A stretch of 64,000 bases of DNA from contig NW_018404085.1 of assembly GCF_002113885.1 (NCBI RefSeq), forward strand, positions 217,761-281,760, read 5' to 3'. Source of the stretch: Mizuhopecten yessoensis. Its lineage: Eukaryota. Both the position numbers and the translations under genes were made by a program. Each line of letters starts with the position of its first letter. The stretch's first letter is position 1. This document shows positions 50,501 through 61,247 of this stretch, one piece after another. The notes beneath the pieces are model-generated. The model did no database searches. It saw only the letters and a program-made list of their open reading frames with translations, and was not told the origin of the DNA.

Positions 50501-53500
50501 TATGTATACATGTGTTTTGTTGTTTGAAGTAGTCATTTGGACGGAAAGAAGTGTCATTAATGTGATATATAACAGATATATAGTCTTTTGAAACCTGTAG
50601 AAGATAAGCTGGATGTTAATAACTGTTAATAATTGATGTTTTAGTGTGAGGGTAAGATTAAATTGTGTTAACCTTTTTTAATGTTTGTAATATTCAATTT
50701 CATTTGTACAAACTTTTGTATCCTTTAAATATGAAATATATTATTATTATCAAGATCTACTTGATATATTAGTAGCTGTTGATAATGTCCTCAAATTAAA
50801 ATAATAAGTTTAAAGTTATTAGGAAAGAAAAAACTGCAATGTCTTTTATGTTGTGAAACATATTTAAATCTGGATAATTTCCCAGGTGACATTGTAAGTT
50901 GGCTTGTATTGTAGCTGAGGAGCGTTTGAAGGACCGTATGGCAGCTGCAGCACGTGAGAAGCTAGTCCAGGCTAACAAAGAGAAACAGATGCAGGCCGAA
51001 AGGAAGCGCAAGGCAGCCATGTTTATCAACATGCTTAAATCTACCAATGTAACCACTTCCACCACCTCAGCAGCTGATGATCAGCGTGACATGGAGGAAT
51101 CAGGTGAGCAGGAAATTAACAAAATATATCTTCTTTGAATTGAGGTAGATCAGCTGAATGTGTGTTAATATATGTTACTGGTTTGAAGATATGAATGGAA
51201 GAAAACTGAACACAAGCATTGTTTGACTTTAGAAGTATTATTTTTCTAAAGGTACATTCTACTGTTATGTAAGGGCTCCACATACGAAATGCAGGTGCCC
51301 TATAGTAATTAGTGTCCATAGATCTCTCTGTCTGTACGTTCGCACTTTCATTTCCCGAAATAATATTATAATTCTAAGTTCGAATTTTACATGGCGATTA
51401 ACTTTGATAAGAAATGTGCAAAAGGGTTGTAAAAGGTCAAGGTCATTAATACTTAAAAATAGACTGTTTGGGATATTCCTTTCTTGGAATCCAAAAGACT
51501 GATTTTTAGGCTTATGCCATGGTGTGGCGTCCGTCATCCGTCCGGCGTCAACGTAAACAACTTCTCCTGAATAACTAAGAGGCCCAGGCTGATGAAATTT
51601 GGCCAGTAGCATGCTTGGACAAAGGGCTTCCAAGTTTAATCAAATGAACGACCTTAGCCCATATTCAAGGTCACAGGGGTCACTTGTCTTAAAAACCTTT
51701 AAACAACTTCTTCTGTACATATAACCAACAGGTCCAGGGTGATGATATTTGGTCAGAAGGATGTTGGGATGAAAGGCTACCATGTTTGTTCAAGGTCACA
51801 GGGGTCAAATATGTTGAAATCTTATAAACGACCTCTTCTGAATAACTAAAGCCTACAGGGTTATTGCTTGTTCATGTGAATGACCTTGACACACTTTCAT
51901 GGTCACATTTTGTCCATAGTGCATAAATCTTCTCAAGTAAAAGTCATTTTCTCAATAAACAAAATGTATAGGGTGGTTTTATTTGGCAAGTTGCACCTGG
52001 GATGCAGGGCTATTTATAGTTCATGTCTAGGTTTGACTTTCAAGGTCACAGGGGTAAATTTGTTTTAATCGTTTAACAGATTCTTCGGAATTACTTTAAG
52101 TCAAGACACTGATATTTTGCCTGTAGCTTTATTTAAGCTTTACTTTCAAGGTTACAATTGTGAGATTAATACCAGGTGCGCGATGTAGGCCCATTGGGCC
52201 ACTTGTTTTGACAAGGTGATACACTGTAATATGAAGATGTGCCAAAAGGGCTTAAAAAGTTTCTTATGACAAGATCACTGTTTATCAAAACAAAAAGGAG
52301 AGAGGGGGTATTGTCAGACACATGACAAGGCTCTTGTTGACCTGTCAGTGTTCTAGTTAGTGTCTGTTTTGATATGGGGAAATATTTGCATTCAACAGGG
52401 TCAACAGGTACACCTATAGGCAGCCGTTCACAAACACCTATTACTCAGGAGGAAGACCGACTCAGCGACTACTCGGACCGGTCCTCAAAGTCATCTAAAA
52501 AGTCTCGAGAAAGAGGCTCATCTCCACCCTCAAGGTCACGCAAGTCACCAAGCCCGCCATCTAGATCAAAGTCTCCCAGGAGGAAACGCTCCCCAATACC
52601 ACTAAGTGCTTATGTTAAAAGTAGAAGGTAAACATCAAGTGTTTCCTAAAGACAAGGCCACTGTATCTCCGCCGAGTAATTGTGGGCTACAGTTTATGAA
52701 GTGCCCTATATATTTTGTAAAATTACTCTAAAGTGCTTGACAACATATGGATTATAGTATTAGTTATAATTGTTTTAAAAAAAAACAAGCTTACAATTAC
52801 CATTATACATTAAGCAAGAAGATACCAAATAAGAACACCAAACAGTGCATAATTATCTAAATTAAATGTTAATTGATCATCCAGTGACTGACTTCAAATC
52901 TTCTAATTTTTAAAGGTCATCATCAAAGTCACCTCACCGAAGACCTATACTAAGGACACAAAGTCCTCCCAGGAAAGACAGATCAAAGTCGCCAAGATAC
53001 AGGGTAAATCCTTCTTTATCTCCTGGAAGGTCAAAATCAGTGAAGAGGTCACGATCACCATCACCTTCTAAAAGCTCCTCAAAATCCAGTAGAAGGTCAC
53101 CAACACACAGTGTCAGAAAATCAAAAAAGAAGAAGAGGTCTCGTTCTAGGTAGGTGTGATCCAGAATATAGTCCACTGACCGCGAAGTTAAAAACCTTGT
53201 CTAGGTAATGGTGTATCATATAGATCTACAATAGTCCTAAGTCTTTTAAAAAACGCTTTTTCAGAATAAATTGTATGGGATTGATGGGAAACCATTTTTC
53301 AGAGCCCAAACGACACTTAGAATATTAATAATAATAATAATATACAGCATTTATATAGCGCCCTATATAATTTGTAAAATTACTCTAAGGCGCTTTACAA
53401 CATATGGATAATAGTAATGGTTATAATTGTGAAAACAAACAACAAAGGCTTGCAATCACTTTCATACATTTAACAAGCAATGTGCACATAATTGAACAAA

Positions 53501-56426
53501 TAAAAGGGTGGTATTTACATGACGTCTTTGCAAAGATTNNNNNNNNNNNNNNNNNNNNNNNNNNNNNNNNNNNNNNNNNNNNNNNNNNNNNNNNNNNNNN
53601 NNNNNNNNNNNNNNNNNNNNNNNNNNNNNNNNNNNNNNNNNNNNNNNNNNNNNNNNNNNNNNNNNNNNNNNNNNNNNNNNNNNNNNNNNNNNNNNNNNNN
53701 NNNNNNNNNNNNNNNNNNNNNNNNNNNNNNNNNNNNNNNNNNNNNNNNNNNNNNNNNNNNNNNNNNNNNNNNNNNNNNNNNNNNNNNNNNNNNNNNNNNN
53801 NNNNNNNNNNNNNNNNNNNNNNNNNNNNNNNNNNNNNNNNNNNNNNNNNNNNNNNNNNNNNNNNNNNNNNNNNNNNNNNNNNNNNNNNNNNNNNNNNNNN
53901 NNNNNNNNNNNNNNNNNNNNNNNNNNNNNNNNNNNNNNNNNNNNNNNNNNNNNNNNNNNNNNNNNNNNNNNNNNNNNNNNNNNNNNNNNNNNNNNNNNNN
54001 NNNNNNNNNNNNNNNNNNNNNNNNNNNNNNNNNNNNNNNNNNNNNNNNNNNNNNNNNNNNNNNNNNNNNNNNNNNNNNNNNNNNNNNNNNNNNNNNNNNN
54101 NNNNNNNNNNNNNNNNNNNNNNNNNNNNNNNNNNNNNNNNNNNNNNNNNNNNNNNNNNNNNNNNNNNNNNNNNNNNNNNNNNNNNNNNNNNNNNNNNNNN
54201 NNNNNNNNNNNNNNNNNNNNGCGTTCATCCAGATACTGATATCTGTCAGACAAGCTTCCAGACTTTCTGAGACTGTATTCCAACTGTCCTGTGGTTTTAT
54301 GACCATGTAAATTTGTGTGTCATCAGCATAGCAATGATAGCGAAGGCTATGGCGACGACAAATCTCTCCAATCGGTTTGGAGTACATACAATATTTTCGT
54401 GGTCCTAACACCGACCCTCGAGGAACCCCAAAATCTAGTACTTTGTCATGTGAGGTGGCAGATCCGATGGCAACACACTGTCCTCGTTCACTCAGGTATG
54501 ACTGTATCCAGCATAGTGCAGTATCGGTCACTCCATTATTCCATACGTTTATAAAGTATGCCATGGTCGATGATGTCAAATGCAGCTGACAAGTCCAGCA
54601 TGACAAGCACCGCTCTGCACTTGTTATCCAATGCAGAAGCTATATCACTATGTTCACGTAGGAGGGCCGTCTCAGTAGAGTGTCCCATGCGGTAGGCTGA
54701 TTGCATGTTGTCATGAAGACTGTTTGCATGGAGATGAACTTCAAAACGCCGGGACACAACCTTCTCCAAGATCTTAGACAGAAAAGGCAGATTTGAAACT
54801 GGGCGGTAGTTTTTCAACTCCTCCTTGAATATTGAAACTGTTTAGTATGTTAAATGTTTACAGATTTGAAGTTAACCCACCACTGTTAAGTATGTTAAAT
54901 GGTTACAAATTTGAAGTTAACTGAGACTACATTTAATTTTACACACTTTTGCAATTTTTAGGAAAATGTGTCTATCAGAATCACTTTGTTATTACATTAA
55001 GATACCAATAGATTCAGTGTTTTCCAGCAGGGACACACAGTCTGACACCTGATGGTTGTTAATTACAGGTCTCCGCGTCACAAGTCATCAAGCAGTAAGA
55101 GAGTGGGAGATGTGATTGGTCCCGTCCAGATCTGTGATCTAACCATTAAACAGGAACCAGGGTTGTTACAGTCAGCTACAGATATCACAGACAACATAGA
55201 CAAGGCCAAAACATACTCATATACAGACTTTTCTAACTTGTGAGTAGTCTTGGTAAACCCTTGCTGGATTGACAGGGTAGAGCAGCTTTAGCGGTTTATC
55301 AGTAATTTGACAATGTGATGGGCTTGTATGACAACTTGTGTTTAGAATTTCTCTTCTTCCTAATGTAAAAGCACTCTGTTAAATGATTGTTGTATTCATC
55401 ATGGTTCTCTTTTTAAATATTCATCAAATTAATCTTTCAAATATTATTGAAATTTTAAAAAAAGGAACAAAAATGTAAAATTATTTGACTATTATATGGT
55501 CTCTGAATATTTCAGTCCAGCTGTAGTCACTGGCTGAACATCAACAATGGCTATGTTTGCAGATGGTCGATTTACTGACATTATTGTTAAGAAATAAAAA
55601 ATATATATTCTGTTTGTAAATTATCTATAAAGAATATAATCAACATGAAAGAAATAATAAACCAATTAAATATTATGAAATTCATGCACATATTTACAGA
55701 CCCCCCTTGCCTGACTGTCTGCCCCCAGAGCCCCCGTCAGACTCGAGGGCACCCCTCCCTCCACTACCTCCATTACCACCGGACTCTGATAGTAACAGCT
55801 GTAGTTTACCAGGAGATTCCAAGGGCGAGGAGAAGACTGTATCCAATGTAAGCTTTTATAATAATCCACTTATCAAAAAAGCTTCAACAAGACACAAATT
55901 TAAATCTGTTTAATCAAATAAATTTGGATATTTAATGATTATATTTTGTTAATGTTAATGTTAATATTTTTTTTTATATATATCTGCCAGGTTGTAAGCT
56001 GGACAATGAATGTTGGTTTATTATTGTAATAATATTTATAGGTACACATTTGAATGAAAAGACAACTCTCAATTTGATTTTCAAAAGGGTTCTTTCGACA
56101 TTGCCCTAATCTTGTTTCTAATAAGGTGTATATATCATGGTTAACTGTAAATGTGACCTACTCCCTTGTTATGTGTCCCGGGTAGTGGCCGCCTTCTGAA
56201 GGGTCAGATAAGTGTCTACTTCCTGAATGGTCAGATAAGTGTCTACTTCCTGAAGGGTCAGATAAGTGTCTACTGCACCCTGTGTTGGCACACTACATTT
56301 CATTCTTACCAATTTTCTACCAAAGTGTGTCTCTTCTGTTTCAAGTACATGTTGAACCGTGTCAGAGCGATCATAAAGGCATCACGACAAGCCATTCTAC
56401 AAGAGGAAGGATTTGATGATCCCTAA
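38494..56426 (+). CDS. SFSWAP: Splicing factor suppressor of white-apricot homolog, ~933 aa, 16 exons
   Basis: Exons 38494-38678, 42042-42208, 43198-43311, 43576-43640, 47280-47508, 48064-48238, 48486-48731, 49125-49335, 49587-49728, 49976-50191, 50915-51103, 52399-52627, 52916-53149, 55069-55239, 55700-55847, 56346-56426; all phases consistent. DRY_EERY domain ([40 protein letters not shown]), two SURP domains ([18 protein letters not shown]; [13 protein letters not shown]), [13 protein letters not shown] domain, C-terminal VRAIIKASR. Confidence 0.95.
40265..40893. mobile_element. Possible TTAA-flanked non-autonomous DNA element (Kolobok-like)
   Basis: Termini TTAAGGGAAT ... ATTCCCTTAA; CpG-enriched interior. 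The TIR is very short. Confidence 0.35.
42450..42990. repeat. Composite 18/13-bp minisatellite with an exact 80-bp higher-order unit
   Basis: Subunits ACTAGCTAGAACTGACAA, ACTAAACTGACAA and ACTAGATAGAACTAACAA; the 80-mer restarts at 42501, 42581, 42661, 42741, 42821 and 42901. Confidence 0.95.
43911..45571 (+). mobile_element. HINE/Helentron-type element with ~146-bp internal satellite
   Basis: 5' TTTTTAGCTCACCTGGCCCGAAGGGCCAAGTGAGCT plus (CGTC)n; about 10 units containing TGACCTTG..TCAAGGTCA; 3' CCAGGTGAGC subTIR, GGCCCATTGGGCC hairpin, then CTTGTTT. Confidence 0.9.
45694..47043. mobile_element. Non-autonomous Tc1/mariner-pogo element, 1350 bp
   Basis: 27-bp TIRs CCGTAAAAACCCATGTAATTTGCGCAC / GTGCGCAAATTACATGGGTTTTTACTG; TA on both sides; no transposase ORF. 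Confidence 0.9.
51503..52209 (+). mobile_element. Second copy of the 43911 HINE family, with fewer units
   Basis: Same CATGGTG.GGCGTCCGTC head, same unit sequence and same 3' end TACCAGGTG.GCGATG.AGGCCCATTGGGCC.CTTGTTT. Confidence 0.88.
52690..52860 (-). mobile_element. Short decayed L2/CR1 3' tail
   Basis: GCCCTATATATTTTGTAAAATTACTCTAAAGTGCTTGACAACATATGGAT matches 53360-53410. Confidence 0.75.
53327..54826 (-). mobile_element. 5'-truncated L2/CR1-clade LINE with RT remnant
   Basis: [59 protein letters not shown]; frameshift near 54540; (TTA)n tail; GAATATT duplicated at 53320 and 54827; partly in an N gap. Confidence 0.93.
56195..56275. repeat. 29-bp tandem repeat x3
   Basis: CTGAAGGGTCAGATAAGTGTCTACTTC core. 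Confidence 0.85.
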
Positions 56427-56489
56427 GATACACTTTACGTTGGTGCTGTTACATCTAAACTGGAGGGTGACGATCTAGACACCACGCTG

Positions 56490-56662
56490 TTATTCTGTTT
56501 CTCCACAAACAGCATAATGCCCATGAAGGAATGTTAAGGCTACCGATGCCACAACCTTATTCTGTTTCTCCACAAGGTGCCCAGTGCCCAGAAGGAATGT
56601 TAAGGCTACCGATGCCACAACATTATTGTTTCTCCACAAGGTGCCCAGTGCCCAGAAGGAAT
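56490..56662. repeat. ~60-bp tandem repeat in the SFSWAP 3' UTR
   Basis: GTTTCTCCACAA..GCCCA..AAGGAATGTTAAGGCTACCGATGCCACAAC, about 3 copies. Confidence 0.85.
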
Positions 56663-58103
56663 ATGTAATCCACAAAGACTATTGTAAAAGTATTGATCCC
56701 TCTTGTTTTGTACTGTGTAAGATTTATTTATTTGCACCATCTTTTTAATTTCGAACTTAAAAGTATGATATTTCATGTGGCGGTTATATTAAAACTTTTC
56801 ACTAATTTATGATGTAACTTCATCCATTCTATGGAAAATACAGTTGACAAATACCCAACAACATCTAATTTCATACAGTGCTACATGTGGTGATCATTTA
56901 AACAGAGGCATGAATGGTATCAGGTATATAACAGGGTTGGACGGTTTTGTTTGGGTGTCCAAAGGACTAGTTGAATAGAATATTTATTAGTTCTCGGTGT
57001 TAATAGAGATTTTAGTGATGAAAGTATTTTTAAGCTAGAAAGAGAGAGGGCTGTAGGGGACACCAAAAACTCTTACTGTAGTTAAGCATGGCAAAGCCCT
57101 GGGTCATTGTGGTAAACAAATTTCATGTATTTTCAGCTGTTTAGAAAGGGATATTGTTTTTGGTCAATCTATCAGTCAATGATATTCTGATAAGATATTT
57201 TTCACAAGTCCAAAGGACTAATTGGGTAAGTAGATACTTACTAGTAAACTTTATCATGAGTTTACCTATTTTCACAGCTGGGCTGCTTGGCAGTCTACCA
57301 TCTATACTTTCATTGTTCCTGTATCAGGATTCAGTTGAAATGAACGCTTTATTGTTGTCTAAATTATATGGTTCTCCATTGTGTGAGATCATGACCTTTC
57401 AAAGTGTTACAAACTTTTTATTTGCAACACTTTTCCCTATTTAATGTCATATTGTTTAAGTTCAAGCATGATATGTATTCACGATATGTATTCACGAGTG
57501 TCAATTTTACATCTCTCTATGTAAATTTTGCTGGTAACATGTACTGAGGGTAGGTTCACATATCTGCATCAGTGTATGTATTGACAATTTTAACAGGAGG
57601 AAAATAATGTTACTTTAATATACTTAAAAAGCACCTTAAACCAATATTTAGCTTCAAACACCTTCTATATGTGTTATGAGGTTATCAGACATGGTTCGTT
57701 TTGATTGCCTTTTAATGCTCCCAGCCATGTCGGAATTATTTGTATTTATAACTTAACACGCTGGGTTTGATGTTCTGTGGTGTAGCTCTATCTAGTTAAA
57801 GCATTCACTTGTATACATTCCAATATGGTAGATAGCAGAGATGTCCTATTTTTCACATGAATGGTAGAGGTAACCAAGACATACATTTGATATATATATA
57901 GTGTACATGTATCCGTCTTTTGATATATATAGCATATCTTATTTTCATCCAGTTTGAGTTCACCAAGACTTTACAACTTGTACATGAGATGAATCATTTA
58001 GGATATATGAGCAAGAAAATTTCATGTTACAGTGCAGCTCTGTATAGCTTTGTTCAGTTTATTGCGATTAGTTGTGTTCTAGTTTCCTGTAAAAATAATG
58101 TCG

Positions 58104-58483
58104 TTCATGGAATGTATACATCGTTCAAATGAAGACATTTTAGTCTAGTCATAGATACTAGAACTAGGGAAAAAAGAACAGAATGTTTAAAATATTTTTC
58201 ATGGAATGTATACATCGTTCAAATGAAGACATTTTAGTCTAGTCATAGATACTAGAACTAGGGAAAAAAGAACAGAATGTTTAAAATATTTTTCATGGAA
58301 TGTATACATCGTTCAAATGAAGACATTTTAGTCTAGTCATAGATACTAGAACTAGGGAAAAAAGAACAGAATGTTTAAAATATTTTTCATGGAATGTATA
58401 CATCGTTCAAATGAAGACATTTTAGTCTAGTCATAGATACTAGAACTAGGGAAAAAAGAACAGAATGTTTAAAATATTTTTCA
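58104..58483. repeat. Perfect 94-bp tandem repeat x4
   Basis: CATGGAATGTATACATCG... restarts at 58106, 58200, 58294 and 58388. Confidence 0.95.
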
Positions 58484-59728
58484 CTTGTGTTCACCCAGAT
58501 GTATTCACATTTTGTCGTTGTTATCTCTAAGACTGTGTTCATGAATCTTGAAGGAGATGTCGATTACTAGGACCCAGTTGTTTAAGTAGTACTAGGGTAC
58601 ATTCGCATATCCGGTTGAAATGGTTGAACCGGTTGAAACTGTAAAGAAACGACAGGTACAGATCTGGGCCGAGGCTGACCTCAGGATTGAGCGGTCCAGA
58701 CGTACCTGACCAAAACTAAAATGCTGACTATTGCCATAATATTTTCATGACTATGGAAAATTATAGTGAAAATTGTTAGTAAAAAGACTTGAAAACACTT
58801 CAATACAGTTTAAGATAGTTGTGAAATATTGCATTTAGAAAATTTGAGATGATGGCACTTAAGAAGAACAGGGTCAGGGTATACTTTTACTACAGTTAAG
58901 TTTATATTTTATCATAAACTGACAATGTAGACTTTGTTGCTGTAAATATTCGTGTTTTTTTTTACTGTTTTGATCATGTACCCATTGTCTTCCCCGCCTG
59001 GAAATAGGCTTTTACTGAGGTTTCCCTGCCTGTCATTGATGTTGTGTGTTCATCAACAGTGTCATTCTTGTGTTAAATGTGATTCCTGGTACATTTCATA
59101 TGAATCAATATATTTTCTGCAGTCTTTTTGACATACAGGGTTTTTGATCTTTGGTAGATTAATGCATCCATTGACAGGTACTTTCTCAGTTATATTTTCA
59201 AATGTAAGAGGACAGCATGATTAATGAAGAGTTGATTTAGTATGTCTGAATAAGTCTTTATGTCATACAAGTGTGTCTGAATATCTTATGTATTTTGTAT
59301 GAATGCTGTTGTGGTTATCAGTAAAAAGGCTGTCTCTTTTGTGTTGTGTTTCAAACATCCGATATATATTGTACACTGTATAACTGATACACAAACTGCT
59401 TGCCATTTTCACCTCACAGAGATAACACTTATCCATTATTTCCATCACATACCTGATGATATGGGCACTTAGTTGTACTTATACATAGCCCAATACATAT
59501 AACTACTGCACTAAAACTAGTGAACACTCTGTCCTTTTTTCTGGGGAGAGTGTCCCATGTCATCTCCATAATTCGCCAACTTACAGAAGTTTGAAAGGTT
59601 TAGCAACCATTCTGATATTACTAAACACCCAAGTTGATTATTGGGCTGAATACAGTATTTATATAACTTAGAGAAACATGCAGTTGCACAAGGGCTATGA
59701 AGCTGAATACAATAAAACATTTCTTTAC

Positions 59729-60172
59729 AACAGAGAGACTTAAGGATTCTTCTCCCACTGCATGCAAAATGTAAGAGAACTCCATAGTAGTTTTTTCCTA
59801 TAAACGGTAAATATATAACTTAAGCACTACAGGGCCATGAAACTTCTGTTTACATGGCACCTGTTCGTTTGCTTGGTCAAGTCAAATGTAAACATTGAAA
59901 ACAGTATTGGCTTTAAGTATCTTCAAAATTATTTTCCAAATCATTGACAAAATATTATTTCATTATTAATTTGTAAACGGAACAAGAAATAAGGCTTGAG
60001 CATGGGAACAATTTCATGAATATGGACCCGGAAGTCTAGGGTTCAACTCCTGTTGTATCTTTTAACTTTTTCATAAAAGGTATGGTTTTCTTTTCAGAAA
60101 CAATTAATACAATATACAATGAATGGTTACAGTTTTTGGCAGTGGTAAAGGAATCCTTAACTTCTCTCTGTT
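59729..60172. mobile_element. MITE with ~33-bp imperfect TIRs
   Basis: AACAGAGAGACTTAAGGATTCTTCTCCCACTGC vs GCAGTGGTAAAGGAATCCTTAACTTCTCTCTGTT. Confidence 0.65.
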
Positions 60173-61247
60173 ACAACAAGCATCTAACTCTGTGAACAGA
60201 TCAAGCATACTAGAGATAGTGTGGACCAAACTAAACTTAAGCGATTAAGCTTTTTGATGGCCCTCAGCTATATAAAATGTTGCTCTCTCCTACAGTGTAG
60301 ATTTTTTGTACCAGCTGTACACATACATGTTTACATAGAAATACTACTTAATGTACTGAACTTAACAAAATAGAAATAATTGTTTATTGTTAAGGAATAC
60401 TCGTTTAAACGTTTTCTGTGGAAGATGCCAACAATATTAGTTATTGTAGACTGAGAGACATAACACTGGACTAGTTTGGAGTGGAACATGAAATAATAGT
60501 TGTGTGATGAATGTGTACAAGCACTAGCCTAGTATAGTAGTATACACAATAATAGATATGTCAGGTGTGTAAGGTGTTTTTGTATAGCTTTGATAGTTAT
60601 GCTACTTGTATAAAGTGGATTTGGAATGAAAGAAGCTGTATGAATCCTCTTTGAGTTTTTGTAGCAGTGCTTGAAGAATATTTGGAATGGATGCTAGTTA
60701 AATGTGTGCGAGCGTTTGTGTCCGTAGTGCACAGTTCCCTATCTAGGACAGCCCCAGTTTCTGGCATTATGTAACAATGGTGCTTCGTAAATATTGACCT
60801 TTTGTAATAAAGATGGAAAGAAAACATACCACAATTGTTATTGTCTTTGTTGCTAACTTAATTATCTTGATTACGAAATGTTGATTTTTTTTGGTGCTGA
60901 ATAAGAGAAAAAGAATTGTATATAGGAAATTTCGAAGTATTGAATAGAAATACATTTGGCAAAATACTTAACAATCAAATGATCATCTTTCATGGTACAT
61001 TTTACGAGATCACTTAATCTAGGAAAAATGAGATGATATGACAAAAGACAACAGCTGTAATATTGGTAGTTAATTTAATTTGACAGACATTTACATAATT
61101 TTAATATTCAATTTTTTCTTGCAGCACATTGATTGTGACATGTTGTCTTTGGTAGTGTACAAAAATATGATAATCACAGATAGCAAATAATTCTTAGTCT
61201 TAATCAAGGGTTACATTATGTAGGATGTTTTGATGGATTGCATAATG

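Noticed and set aside
53404-54310. Long ORFs of 260-290 aa
   Set aside because: Almost entirely N-gap read-through.
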